A stretch of 64,000 nt of DNA, from positions 32,001 to 96,000 of the IMG/VR virus record IMGVR_UViG_3300012983_000033. One strand, given 5' to 3'. This document shows, one piece after another, positions 1 through 10,930 of this stretch. Under the pieces are notes generated by a model that saw only the letters and a list, made by a program, of their open reading frames with translations, did not search any database and was not told the origin of the DNA. The stretch comes from a virus (taxonomy: Duplodnaviria > Caudoviricetes). A program made the translations under genes and the position numbers. Positions within the stretch are counted from its first letter, which is position 1; each line of letters begins with the position of its first letter.

Positions 1-1277
1 AGTGCTGCAGTCATTAAGTCAGTAGCATCTGCATATTCAAGACCAGCAATACGCGCCATCTTCATTGTTTCGGTACCAACTTCCATTACTTGATCGTTAT
101 CAAGACCTTGTTGATAGAATAATGTCATTGTTTCATAGGCACCAAGTGTTGTTGCACCAAGTTCTTTGGCCATATTTGTATATTCAGGAAGTTTATCCCA
201 CATATCGCCAATACTAAAATCGGTAACAACGGCAGTTTCTGTCATTGCTGCGTCAAGTTCTTTAACAGATTCAAAAGCAGATTGGATTGCTCTTCTAAAT
301 AATAGAACACTATTAGTTAAACTAAAGAAATCCTAAACGCGATGTTTAATTTGCTCCATTTGTCCATTAAATGAATACATATCTTGAGCACTATTGCTAA
401 TAGCATCGCCAAACTATTCAGCATGATTCTTAGCTCCACTTAAAGCGTTTCCGACATCATCGAAGCTCTGTTCCATTTTATTAACTTGAATATTTTCTAA
501 TCGTCCAATGCGTTCACTAAGTTCGTTTATTTCTGTATTTATTTTTCCAATATCGGTATCTCCCATCTAATCAAAGCCTTTTCTTGCTTCAATCGCCGCA
601 ACGGCAACTTTCTTCATGTTTTCAGGCATACCTTTTAATTTTTTTTCAATATCCTTTAAATTACCGTTATTCCAAGCATCCTAAAAACTTTTAGCTGCAG
701 TTTTTGCTTCTTTTTCTCCCCTAGCAAAATTAGCTAATCCCGCAACAATACCATTTAAATCTTCACGAGCGCTATCTAAATTTAAATGTGTAAAAGATTC
801 TTGAAGACTCTTTGCTGCGCCACTTTTAGATAAAGAAGTAATTTGTTCAATCTACTCCTTTAATTTCCTAAAAGAGTCAGTTTCAACTTTTCCGCTTAGT
901 TGTTGTTTTAAGTCCTATAACTCCTTTTTTGCCTGTTTGATTTCGTCAGTATTGAAATCAACATTCATCATCAAACTTTCATCTTTAAACGATGAATAAA
1001 GATTCTATAATGTGTTGTAAAGATTATTAATATTTTTCTTTGATTTTTCAAATCCAGTCACATCACTTTTTGTTTTAAAACCAGATTGCATCAAAGTTTG
1101 AACTTTTGTTATTTCTGCTTCTAATCCTTTAAAAGTCTTTTCAAACTGTTCCTCTAGTCCTGTAGGCATCTTAAAATTCTTCAAAGTATTTTGTATTGCT
1201 TTTGCATTACTTTGAACATCAGATATATCCATACCAACTTGGACCGTAGCTTTTATAATTGTTTCTTTACTACTCAT
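1..1277 (-). CDS. Tape measure protein, N-terminal part (runs off the window); TAG read as Gln
   Basis: One frame with no TAA/TGA and 7 in-frame TAG (cta at 1005, 915, 852, 681, 567, 414, 333). The distal part reads ...AFESVKELDAAMTETAVVTDFSIGDMWDKLPEYTNMAKELGATTLGAYETMTLFYQQGL..., typical of a tape-measure domain. It follows the tail tube genes. Confidence 0.88.
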
Positions 1278-1304
1278 ATATCCTTTTTCGCCTCCTAAAT
1301 AAAA

Positions 1305-1338
1305 AATCGACATTAATTACTTAAAATTAATGTCGATT
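1305..1338. terminator. Intrinsic terminator-like hairpin
   Basis: Inverted repeat AATCGACATTAATT / AATTAATGTCGATT between two genes, with an adjacent A/T run. Confidence 0.6.
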
Positions 1339-1344
1339 CAAAAC

Positions 1345-2130
1345 TTAAAAATCACTATCTATATCATCTTCGAGGAAAAGAATTTCCATAACCTTAGAAT
1401 CTCCTCTCGACCCAACTGGACATCCAATCGCCTTAAATGTACCCATCTGCGGCGGTGCGTTCTCACCCAGTCTCATAGACAAATCGGACATTAATTTTAA
1501 TTGTGGAATTTTAATAATTCCAGTTCTTGTGTGTCCAGTTACATCGTCTTTTACTCTCGTTCTTGCTTCGAGCGAGAGGTATCCTTTTACTAATTCTTGA
1601 CCTATAATTAATTCTGATACAGTTGATGTATAAATAAAATTATAATCACAAATTAGTTCCTCGTAAGCACTATTATTTACAGTTATCTCCTTATCTTTTA
1701 TTACAATACGATTTGAGGGAATTCGTTCACCTTTTGTATTATATATAAAAGGAGAAGAATACGGTAAATTCTTTAGCTCAAATTTTCCATTTTCATCTGT
1801 CTCAACTTTTTCGCGCGCAGTCAGTTCAATCGTTTTCCCCGATTTTATGAGGTTGGCGCCAGTCAAAACAGCGAACTGTTCTTTTGAGAAGATACCTTGT
1901 GAGAAGATGAAATCAATTTCTTTTGTTGTTTTCCATATAACATGCGGGCGGTTATCAAATCCACCATTTGCAGAAGCTATTTTTTGGATTTCTTGAAAGT
2001 TCGCAAGTTGAATTTTATCAAAAGCCGCGATGATTTCTCCTTCTTCAAAGTCTTTTCCATTTATTCTCATAGGATAAGTAGTTTTTAAGAAGACAGAGTA
2101 TAGTTCTTTCATGCCGAATTCATTACTCAT
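1345..2130 (-). CDS. Tail tube-like protein (paralog of 2196..3089)
   Basis: Shares motifs with the adjacent gene: FGMKE/YGIKE, ANGG..N/ARGG..N, W...K.I, DVTG....IP..K..S. Confidence 0.6.
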   Translation of the reverse strand: MSNEFGMKELYSVFLKTTYPMRINGKDFEEGEIIAAFDKIQLANFQEIQKIASANGGFDNRPHVIWKTTKEIDFIFSQGIFSKEQFAVLTGANLIKSGKTIELTAREKVETDENGKFELKNLPYSSPFIYNTKGERIPSNRIVIKDKEITVNNSAYEELICDYNFIYTSTVSELIIGQELVKGYLSLEARTRVKDDVTGHTRTGIIKIPQLKLMSDLSMRLGENAPPQMGTFKAIGCPVGSRGDSKVMEILFLEDDIDSDF

Positions 2131-2153
2131 TTCCTTTTACCTCCAAAATAAAG

Positions 2154-2186
2154 AAAAGGTGGATAGACCAGCCATCCACCTTTTTT
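2154..2186 (-). terminator. Intrinsic terminator
   Basis: AAAAGGTGGAT...ATCCACCTTTT hairpin with U tracts, just after the tail tube gene. Confidence 0.7.
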
Positions 2187-2195
2187 ATTTAATTA

Positions 2196-3089
2196 TTAGT
2201 CATCTAAAATAACTGCACCTGAAACAGGATCATTACCTGTAAGGTCATACTGAACAAGTTTCATCATATCGCCACTTTCTGGACGAAGAACAGTGAGATT
2301 CATGTTAAATACTGAAGGATCTCCTTCTGCTTCAAGTGTGATTGTATTTTCTGATGTAACTTTTGCTTTTGGAATAATAAACTGGAAGAATTGGTCGTCA
2401 CCAGTAACATCTGAACGAGCATATGTATCACCAGTTACATAGTATGTACCAGGGAATGAATCTGCAGAAACAACAATTTCTCTTGTGATAGCTGTAGCAA
2501 GATAAGTAATAAATACTTTTTCACCTGCTTCGCCCTTGAAACTTGCAACATTATTACTTGTAACTGTAGTTTCTGTTGTGCCATCTTCAGAAGTAATTTT
2601 TGTTATTAAAAGTTTAGAATTTGCTAATGAAACTGAATCGTTTGGAAGTGTTTCATTTGTGTTTGTCAAATGAACTTTTTTTCTTTCTGAACCAGTAACC
2701 TTACCGGTCGCATCTTTTACAGCAACGTCTGCCATAATATATTTAGGAAGAGCGCCATTTGCATCAAGTCTAGCCATAACTGTTCTTTGAATCTGATCAG
2801 CAGCATTTTTATTAACTGTACCATCACCAAACATAATAGCAAGAGATTTTGCACTGAAGAGAGCGTCTTCAAGAGTTACTGTAATATCCTTACCATAGTC
2901 CCAAGTGATAAGTTTTGGATTACCTTTACCACCGCGAGCATCAGATTGTTCAGCTGTCTGTTCAATTGTTGAAACTTTAAGAGTATCAAGATAAAGAACT
3001 GGCTTGCCTGCTTCACCCTGCTCAGTGATTTCATAGAAAGTTACGTCAGCAACTTCCTTAATACCATATCTGTCAAGAATACTTGCCAT
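2196..3089 (-). CDS. Major tail (tube) protein
   Basis: 297 aa, GGAGG RBS, positioned between neck genes and tape measure, followed by a terminator, beta-rich composition. Confidence 0.7.
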   Translation of the reverse strand: MASILDRYGIKEVADVTFYEITEQGEAGKPVLYLDTLKVSTIEQTAEQSDARGGKGNPKLITWDYGKDITVTLEDALFSAKSLAIMFGDGTVNKNAADQIQRTVMARLDANGALPKYIMADVAVKDATGKVTGSERKKVHLTNTNETLPNDSVSLANSKLLITKITSEDGTTETTVTSNNVASFKGEAGEKVFITYLATAITREIVVSADSFPGTYYVTGDTYARSDVTGDDQFFQFIIPKAKVTSENTITLEAEGDPSVFNMNLTVLRPESGDMMKLVQYDLTGNDPVSGAVILDD

Positions 3090-3112
3090 ATTAAATATCC
3101 TCCTTTAATAAG

Positions 3113-3862
3113 TTATTTTTCTTGTAATTTATTCATCCAATATTGGGGCTTCACTTTTTTAGCATCAGCACCCGCTATTAAACTACGAATATCAATATCA
3201 TATCGTTCCTTTTGTTGGAACTTAGACATTATTTTTGTCATGGACGCATAACTCATTTCTCTAATATTAAGAGGATTTATACCTATGCCCATACAACAAA
3301 TTGAGGTCAAACTATCTTCAAGAGTAATTCCACCACCTTGCTTGGCTTTCACTCTATCACGATAGCGCGCTTTTGCTTTCATTTTTCTCACTCGAATATT
3401 CTTCTCAATTTTATCTTCTTTTTTCTATTCATCTCCCAAGCAACTTCGGATTATATTTTGAAAAGCAAAATAATTATTTTCATCAATAATTGGTAATTCA
3501 GAAATTTCTGTCAAACTTAACAAAGTTTCCACATCACCAATAATAATCATTTTCTCTTCAACATCCACACTCGCTTTCTTATGAGTAAAATATTCAATTG
3601 CCTACTCAACAAGTTTTTTATATCCCTTGTCTTTCTTACAGCAATCAATCAAATTCTCATAAGGAGTTGGAATTGTGACGTTCGGGTCGATCTCTTGGTC
3701 ATTAAAAATAGCATCCTCAAGATCTTCTTGAGTCATTGTAAGAATCATACGATACTTCTAAAAATCTTTTAAACCAAGCACATCACCAACCGATGGAGGA
3801 TATACTTCACATAATCCTTCAAAGTCTACTGGAAGACCAAGAAAAACTTTTGCATCAATCAT
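3113..3862 (-). CDS. Virion morphogenesis protein (TAG-recoded, about 249 aa)
   Basis: ORF 3113..3391 extends through TAG at 3425, 3602 and 3758 to ATG 3862 (MIDAKVFLGLP...), overlapping the previous stop. Confidence 0.75.
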
Positions 3863-4346
3863 AAGTTATTAAATGAAACTCCTGTTCATAGGCAGAAATT
3901 TCTTCAGTAAGAAAGTTTAAAGCAAAATCGCCGCCAGTCATCTTACCGAGCCCATTGATTGTTTTTCCATTTAGAGATTTTTGAACTTCACCCATAATTG
4001 CAAAAGGTCGTAGATTATCATCCTTGATGATCCACTATGTAAGCGGAACAAAGCTTTCAATATTAATATTAATATTTTTAAACTCTGTATTACTACTATC
4101 GGTTGAACCTCTACCTACCTTTATAACAAGAACTGAATGAGCGGTTTCTTTCGGTCCGACGCGTGGAACGATTTTTATAAGTTTTTCATAAATCTCTTTT
4201 TTAATTTGTTCTTGAGTCAAATCGGGTTGAGAATACGGATCTTTATCCGTGTAATAAAGCAATTTTAAAAGGTTTTGATTAGTAAAAAGTCTTGTCATAA
4301 TCTTTTGAAGATTTATTCCAATCTCTTCGCAATTGCGTACACCCAT
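3855..4346 (-). CDS. Neck/tail-completion protein (TAG-recoded)
   Basis: Reads through TAG 4035 (VPLT-Q-WIIKDDNLRPF) to TGA at 3855, abutting both neighbours. Confidence 0.7.
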
Positions 4347-5071
4347 TATTCAGCACCTCCATTAATCCAGAAGAAATCTTCTGCATCTGATTCAGTAGTT
4401 TGAACTGGATCTGGAGACTCATCTCTTAGATAAACAGGGTCAACAGTAACATACTCAACACCCGGAGTAGACTAAATATCATAGCCAGTGACTCTATATG
4501 CTTCTTTCAGCTTTCCTTCACCAACCGTTAGATAATCGTCTTTTCGAATATTTTCATTAGTGGGCATTACAAAAAAACTCATTTTTAAAGCCTCAGTATA
4601 TAATGCATCACTACGACTGCGCGAGCGCAATTCATCTTTAAGCATATTGTCCTCTTGACCATACATATAAGCAAAAGAGCTTTGTGTATTGCCGTCTCTG
4701 TCTTTCCATTTGATATAATGAGTCATTTTTAACATTATATATTTATTATAACCGCTCGCTTGTATCTCCTCTAACCAATAAACCATCCAAGGCACTTTAT
4801 CACCTTTACTATTCGGAATTAAAAGAGTAGTTCCGCTTGGTAAATCAGTTGCGCGTCTTGTTAAAAGATAGGCGAGCGTTTCAGTTTCGTCTTGTTTATA
4901 ACGCTCGAAGCTTGCGGGAATTGTTTCATAACCGTATTCAATATCAACGCGACTAGTTGTTTTGAGTAAATAATGCTCAAACTCAGCTTCGCGCTAATTC
5001 TGAACTCTACTATTATAATCCATACCATAGCGATTTAATCGCTTTAAGTAAATGTCCTGATAATATCCCAT
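4346..5071 (-). CDS. Head closure/neck protein (TAG-recoded)
   Basis: ATG 5071 (MGYYQDIYLKRLNRYG), TAG at 4994 and 4472, TAA at 4346 overlapping the next ATG. Confidence 0.7.
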
Positions 5072-5082
5072 GGCCGCACACC

Positions 5083-5340
5083 TCACTTTAAAAGGTTCAT
5101 ACAATCAAAAATTGTTGTGCGGAAGTATTCGTATTTTAAATAACGAAGACTTGATAATTTATAATATAGAATATAATAGTTAATTGTTTTTTCTTCATCA
5201 GAATATCCTAAAAGTTCAATTAGAATGGAATCAAGAAACTTCTCCCATTCACGCCCCTTTTCAAACTCACAAAGAAGTCCAAACATTTTGCTTTTTAACT
5301 TATTGTTATATGCTTCTTGCATTGCAGGTACTTTTTCCAT
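5083..5340 (-). CDS. Hypothetical virion-module protein
   Basis: 85 aa ORF tightly packed in the operon with an RBS. Confidence 0.7.
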   Translation of the reverse strand: MEKVPAMQEAYNNKLKSKMFGLLCEFEKGREWEKFLDSILIELLGYSDEEKTINYYILYYKLSSLRYLKYEYFRTTIFDCMNLLK

Positions 5341-5342
5341 TA

Positions 5343-5768
5343 CTAATCACCTGCCAGTTTTCCATAATTAAAGGGCTTATTATCAATAGAACGATAATAA
5401 ATAGATTCAATTCGCTTTGCCTCTCTTTTCTCGAATTCAAGCGAATCATAAAGCTTATCGAGCATATTAGCCATTGAGAAATCTCTTTCCTCATAAAGAG
5501 GTTTAATATTTTCCCAAGTTAAAATTGAGCGATTAAGCCATTCGCATTTCATATATCGTGCAAGAATTTGAATTTCAGTATTATTCAACTCTCCTACAAA
5601 GTTATCACCATCAATTGTTAAATCAACTCTTGGAAAACGGAACTGCGGCATCGCTGTAGCAAGAATTGCGCGCAAATCCTATTCAACTTCATAGTCAGTC
5701 CATAATTGCCATTCATCTTCAAGCATTGTCGCAAGAAATGCGTCAAATACTTTCTGAAGCGGAGTCAT
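5343..5768 (-). CDS. Head-tail adaptor-like protein (TAG-recoded)
   Basis: ATG 5768 with GGAGG RBS (MTPLQKVFDAFL), TAG at 5679, located downstream of the capsid genes. Confidence 0.65.
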
Positions 5769-5786
5769 TAAAATTCCTCCTTATCA

Positions 5787-6248
5787 TTATTCTTCTTTTG
5801 CTGCTTTATTGAGTTTAATTGCCTCAATAATATCAATATTAGTAACTTCTTTTAAGAAGGTAGCTTTATCAAAATTACCAATCTCGTTATCAATTGCAAA
5901 ATACACAAGATCAAGAATTTGTTGTTCATTCAATTTCTTACAAGTTTCCTTTAAATCATGAAGGGGCGCAATTGTAAGAAGGCGTTTCTTTTGATTGTCA
6001 TCAAGAATAAAGACTTCTTCTTCAAAGCCAAGTTCAATTCTTGCTTCTTTATCTTCAATAGTAAGAATCCCCAACTTAAACATTTCCTCAGCGCCATCGT
6101 TATATATACTCTGTGCCAAAACATCAAAAGGAATTGGTTTTATCGCACCCTTTTTTTCAAAAGTTCTTGTGAAGCCAAGATCGGGAAGATGAAAAACAAC
6201 AGTAGCGTTTGAATTGCTTTTGACCATAACTTTTTTATTCATATCCAT
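5787..6248 (-). CDS. Hypothetical protein after major capsid
   Basis: 153 aa ORF with GGAG RBS. Confidence 0.75.
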   Translation of the reverse strand: MDMNKKVMVKSNSNATVVFHLPDLGFTRTFEKKGAIKPIPFDVLAQSIYNDGAEEMFKLGILTIEDKEARIELGFEEEVFILDDNQKKRLLTIAPLHDLKETCKKLNEQQILDLVYFAIDNEIGNFDKATFLKEVTNIDIIEAIKLNKAAKEE

Positions 6249-6283
6249 AATGATACTCTCCTTTTATCTCGTAGATTTTAGTA

Positions 6284-6312
6284 AGAGGGGAGGAAGTCCT
6301 TCCTCCCCTCGT
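6284..6312 (-). terminator. Intrinsic terminator after the capsid gene
   Basis: GAGGGGAGGAAG / CTTCCTCCCCTC GC-rich hairpin. Confidence 0.7.
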
Positions 6313-6325
6313 TTTATATCAAATA

Positions 6326-7426
6326 TTATTCTTCAATACCGAGTTCTTCGTTAGCGAAAACGCCTTGGAAGTGACCCTGAGTATTTGTGATTTTGCGGTT
6401 TCTATAGATACCCCAGTTATGAGTTGAGAGGATAGCTGCACCAAGTTTTTTGTAAACATGCATTTCCATAGAACCATCTGTATTTGTCCAGTCACGAACT
6501 TGTGTTTTACCTTCAAATACGATTTTAACAACTTTCTCACCATTTGTTGGAAGAACGAAAGCGTACTGAGGATTAAGCCAAGTTTTTTCGTGTGTATCGT
6601 CTGTATAAGACTGACGAAGCTGAACAATTGGTGTACCGCGGAACATTGTGATGAAACCTGTGTTGCGGATATCATCAATGTCCTGTGGATGGTAGATACC
6701 TGCATAAGCAGCTGTACCAGGAACAACAGCAACTGAAGTTTCCATTTCAGCAACGAATTCAGGTGTAGCGAAGATTACTGCGCCATTACCATATGATTTA
6801 ACGATTGTGATAAGACTCTGCATTGATTTAGCTTCGAATTCTGTAGCATCAATGAAAGTTTTTGAACGATTTACTGTACCTGTACCAGCAGCGATACCAC
6901 TGTTGAAAGATGAAATAAGTGCTTTCTGAACTTCGTAGTAAACAGCGTCAAGCATTGCTTCATTTACAATGTCCATATATTCAGCGATTGTTTCAGCACC
7001 ATCGAGCATTCTTTCGAAGTCGATGCGAACTGCACCACCGATTGCGTGTGCACTTACTGTGAATTCTTCAGCATCAAGACGGAATGTTTCGTAGAGACCT
7101 GAAAGACCAACTTGTGTAACAAATTTCTTTGCACGGTTTCTACCAAGTTTTCTCTTAAATACTGCTTTCTGACCCTGACCTACTGTCTGGATTTCAGCAA
7201 ACATGCCAAGTTCAGCAATTGTTTTAGCAGGAACAACTTCGTCGATTGTTGTAATCATAAGATCATAAAGATCATAACGGTTTTTCATAAATGTGATGTA
7301 GTCTGAGCAAACCTTACCAAGTTCTTCTCTGAAAGCATCGTTTACATTTTCAGAAGAGAAATTTGTAGGAGCTGTACCCTTTGCTGAATGAAGAGCAAGA
7401 GCTTTTAAATTTTTAAAATCAGCCAT
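6326..7426 (-). CDS. Major capsid protein
   Basis: 366 aa, strong RBS, follows the scaffold and decoration genes, followed by a terminator. Confidence 0.8.
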   Translation of the reverse strand: MADFKNLKALALHSAKGTAPTNFSSENVNDAFREELGKVCSDYITFMKNRYDLYDLMITTIDEVVPAKTIAELGMFAEIQTVGQGQKAVFKRKLGRNRAKKFVTQVGLSGLYETFRLDAEEFTVSAHAIGGAVRIDFERMLDGAETIAEYMDIVNEAMLDAVYYEVQKALISSFNSGIAAGTGTVNRSKTFIDATEFEAKSMQSLITIVKSYGNGAVIFATPEFVAEMETSVAVVPGTAAYAGIYHPQDIDDIRNTGFITMFRGTPIVQLRQSYTDDTHEKTWLNPQYAFVLPTNGEKVVKIVFEGKTQVRDWTNTDGSMEMHVYKKLGAAILSTHNWGIYRNRKITNTQGHFQGVFANEELGIEE

Positions 7427-7445
7427 TTCTATTTACCTCCTCTGA

Positions 7446-8015
7446 TTAACCTCTGATAGCTTCGAGCTTAACGCCGAACTGACCATCAGGCATAGTATAA
7501 ACTTCAATTACACGAAGAACTGGACCGAACTCAGGAATAGTTGCTGTGAGTTTTTCATAGCCAAGTTCGCAAGCACCAGCGTAAACAGGTTTTGTAGCGA
7601 AATTTTCGAGAGCTTCCATAAGTGCTTCTTCTGTTGCGAATTCTTCTGTATCATAGCATACACAGTTTGTTGTGTATTTGTCACCTGCTGAAAGGTAACC
7701 AAGACGAGGATAGAAATCATTTACGCTGTTAAGTCTGAATGTCTTAAGAGCATATTCTCTCTCATCATACATATGTTCTGTGCTGTAGTTAAGAGCATAA
7801 ATGTCGCCTTCGGCTGGTTCTGCCTTATCTACGCAACGATTTGCGCCGTCAACTTTGAGGAGCATACCGTTTTCTAAATATCTGTCGTCTCCTGTAGCAC
7901 CTGTGAAAGTAGTACCAGCTTTATGCTGAGCAACTACTCTACCTGTACGAGGGAAGGCAACGAGATTTAACTCTAACTGGCCATAGCCATCTTTAGTGAT
8001 TTTCTGTAGAGCCAT
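7446..8015 (-). CDS. Capsid decoration/minor head protein
   Basis: About 190 aa between scaffold and capsid; GYGQLELN and LENGMLL motifs. Confidence 0.6.
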   Translation of the reverse strand: MALQKITKDGYGQLELNLVAFPRTGRVVAQHKAGTTFTGATGDDRYLENGMLLKVDGANRCVDKAEPAEGDIYALNYSTEHMYDEREYALKTFRLNSVNDFYPRLGYLSAGDKYTTNCVCYDTEEFATEEALMEALENFATKPVYAGACELGYEKLTATIPEFGPVLRVIEVYTMPDGQFGVKLEAIRG

Positions 8016-8036
8016 AATCAAAAACCTCCAATAAAA

Positions 8037-9431
8037 TTAATTTTTCTTGTATTTGCTCAGAAGAGCTTCTAAACTACCTTCTTCATACTCATCTGACTTA
8101 GGAATAAAGCCATTATGTGGTTCCTGAGCAGAGAAGATGGAAGGATCGTGAGCAACCAATTCAAGAGCAAGCTCTTTCTCTAAGTCGCTAATTGTGAACT
8201 CACCAAGTCTTGCGCGATATTCTTCGATTTTTTCTTCATCGAGACGAAGAGCATACTTATCAACGATAGCTGTTTTCTCCTTTTTTTCAACGCCTGATTT
8301 AAATGTATTGAGTTCTTCAACTGTTGCGTTGAGTCCTTCAATTGTACCGTTAAGTTCTTCAATCTGTGCTTGAGCTTCTGAAGCTTGAGTTGAGAAAGTA
8401 TCTCTTTCTGTAGTTAAAGTAGAGATTGTTTCTTCATTCTCTGCAAGTTTCTGCTCAAAACCAGAAATTTGTTCATCAGCTTTTAAGCCCTTTTCTACAG
8501 TATCCTGCATATTTTCATAAGTACCACCGTTAAGAGCCTGAACAGCCATAAGAGTGTTGTACTCTGTTTCTGTTACATCAACGATAAAAGCATCAACTAC
8601 ATCTCCAAGAGAAACTGTATCATCTTCATTCTTTGTGTAGTAAGCTCTTGAATATTTGTTTGTTTCATAGTTCCAAACAAGTGCATATTCATCGTAGATT
8701 TCGCAGATAGAGCAATCGATAGTCCAATTTCCTTCTTCGTTGAAATTAGGGTTTAAAGCACTAAAAAGTAAGTTGTGCTTCTGTCCATCTGACAACTTAA
8801 AATTAAGTGTAGGCATATCTTCTTGTCCTCCTTCATTAACTTGATAATTTTCTATTTTTTTGATTGCTTCCATTAAAGAATCATATAGTTCAAAGAAGGC
8901 AGCACCCTCAAAGCACGGCTCTACGGTGTCTCCAAGTACTTGGAGTCCCATAAAACATCCTTCTTCAAAAACAAAATATTTTGTACCATTGCGCATTTCA
9001 AAGTAACCTTTGATTGATGGCGGATAAAGTTCCATTGATTGAGATTTACCAATAATTTCAGTGGCTTCTTCATAGATAGCTGTGAATAAGAAAACATTAC
9101 AACAAGCATATTCTCTTAAAACACCATCTTCATCTAAATGAAATTCCCAAGCAAAATCCATTTTTGCTTCATCTGGAACAATACCATAAATGCGCCCGTC
9201 CGTTGGTTTGTCGTGTTTTCCGTAATCTTCTCCATCATATATGCCCTTAACAGGAGTATATGGAAGAGTTGCAATAAGTTTTTCTGCAAACTCCTCTGTT
9301 ATGAACGAAGCGTTACGATTTTCATATTTATAAAAGATACGACAACGACCCATAGAAAGTACATCATTATACTTTTTCAAATCGCCATAAATAACGACTG
9401 AAAACTTTGATAAAAATTCATTACCATCCAT
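8037..9431 (-). CDS. Prohead protease/scaffold protein
   Basis: N-terminal protease-like domain (H in YGKHD, SQSMEL, LG..VEPCFEGA) plus an acidic coiled-coil C-terminus; lies between portal and capsid. Confidence 0.75.
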   Translation of the reverse strand: MDGNEFLSKFSVVIYGDLKKYNDVLSMGRCRIFYKYENRNASFITEEFAEKLIATLPYTPVKGIYDGEDYGKHDKPTDGRIYGIVPDEAKMDFAWEFHLDEDGVLREYACCNVFLFTAIYEEATEIIGKSQSMELYPPSIKGYFEMRNGTKYFVFEEGCFMGLQVLGDTVEPCFEGAAFFELYDSLMEAIKKIENYQVNEGGQEDMPTLNFKLSDGQKHNLLFSALNPNFNEEGNWTIDCSICEIYDEYALVWNYETNKYSRAYYTKNEDDTVSLGDVVDAFIVDVTETEYNTLMAVQALNGGTYENMQDTVEKGLKADEQISGFEQKLAENEETISTLTTERDTFSTQASEAQAQIEELNGTIEGLNATVEELNTFKSGVEKKEKTAIVDKYALRLDEEKIEEYRARLGEFTISDLEKELALELVAHDPSIFSAQEPHNGFIPKSDEYEEGSLEALLSKYKKN

Positions 9432-10930
9432 TATGCTATTGACCCTCCTTTATCTAAAGATTCTTCCTTAGCTAAAGTAGTTTCTGCCTTTTCACTTTGC
9501 TCTTTTGCGGTACGGCCGCCGCCTTGTGCGGTTGGATCTTCGGCACCTTGGGTAAATGCTGACTAAAGAGGAATTAATAATTCAGAAAGTTCAAGAACAT
9601 CATTCTCTAATTCCTTAATATTAACTATATCTCTTTGTGATAAATCCATAGCTATCGCAGGAAGTATAAAACTAAATCCAGCATTAGCAAGTTTAAGAGC
9701 ATTGTCTGTATACTTAAAAGCATTATGATGTGTAATAGGAAGAATTGTATATTTAAAATTTACTTTTTTATTAGAAAAAAGCATATTTATGATTTCCGTA
9801 ACGAAAATCGAATATTTATAAATCAGGTTTTGCATAAAAGTCATATCGTTTGTGATAGAAGTATCTACAGCAGAACTGCTGTTCGCTTTAAATATCTAAT
9901 CACTAACACCTGTTTTATAATAAACATTACTTGCCATTTTTTCAATGGTATTTGTGGTAGCTTCAGATTTTGTGTTAGATGATACAACATCAACGTCCGC
10001 ATAAGTTGTAAGAACGCTAACGTTCTTATTGTGCTTCATCATCCCTGAAGTACCCTTATGAATTTCCTCTGCTTCAGGTGGTTCAAATAAAAGTTCACCA
10101 GTTGAAGTTAAATGAGGAATTTTCTGCACAATAATCTTTTTAATCTCTTCTGCTTCACGATCTAACTCATTAGCAATAGCCATATCATAATAAATCGTAG
10201 CAGGGATTATATCTAAAAACGCTGGTCTTCCATCTAAGAAAGAGAAATAAACACTAATGTTTGATGGCACAAAGAACCAAGACTTTCCACCTTTCTCAAA
10301 TTCTTTATAAGCTTTCGCAAAACACTTTGGAAAACTTTTGAGAACCGATTTACGCTCGTCTTCAGATATGGAGTTAAAATAAGTTAAATCAAATTCTATA
10401 ATGTCTTTTCCATTCAAATCTTTGTAGCGAGAAGCACAATATTTTGAGGGTAATTCAATTAAATGGAATTCCTTTGTATTTGCTTCTCCAACTACACCAA
10501 AGTAAGCACCATTAACTAAAGCTTGAACACTCATTTCACCAAAAAGTTTGGCTAAATTCATATTCTCAACATAGTCAATACCTTGCTTATATCTTTTCTT
10601 TACAGAGGAATCTGATAAAGAAGAGCCGAAAGTTGTGTTTGGAATAAGAAGACCTGCATACTTATATAAATAAGCATAGTGCATAATAATCTTCTTATAG
10701 AACCCATCTCTTGCAAAAAAGGTTCTTGACAAAATTCTCTTTTCCTCAAGGCTACCATCATTCACGATATGTTCGATTTCAGACATAGTATAATTCTTCA
10801 ATCGTTCAACTCCGTGGCGAGTGCTATCCTTTAAAAGATTTCCTAATGTAATAGACACCATATTTGAATAACTTTTTTGAAAATCCGCAAGAGAAAAATT
10901 GTGTAACTTTCTTTGTTGTGTAGTTTCCAA
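9431..10930 (-). CDS. Portal protein (TAG-recoded)
   Basis: ORFs 9896..10930 and 9563..9844 are one frame joined at TAG 9896 and 9563 (IPL-Q-SAFTQ); TAA at 9431 overlaps the next ATG; directly follows terminase. Confidence 0.8.
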
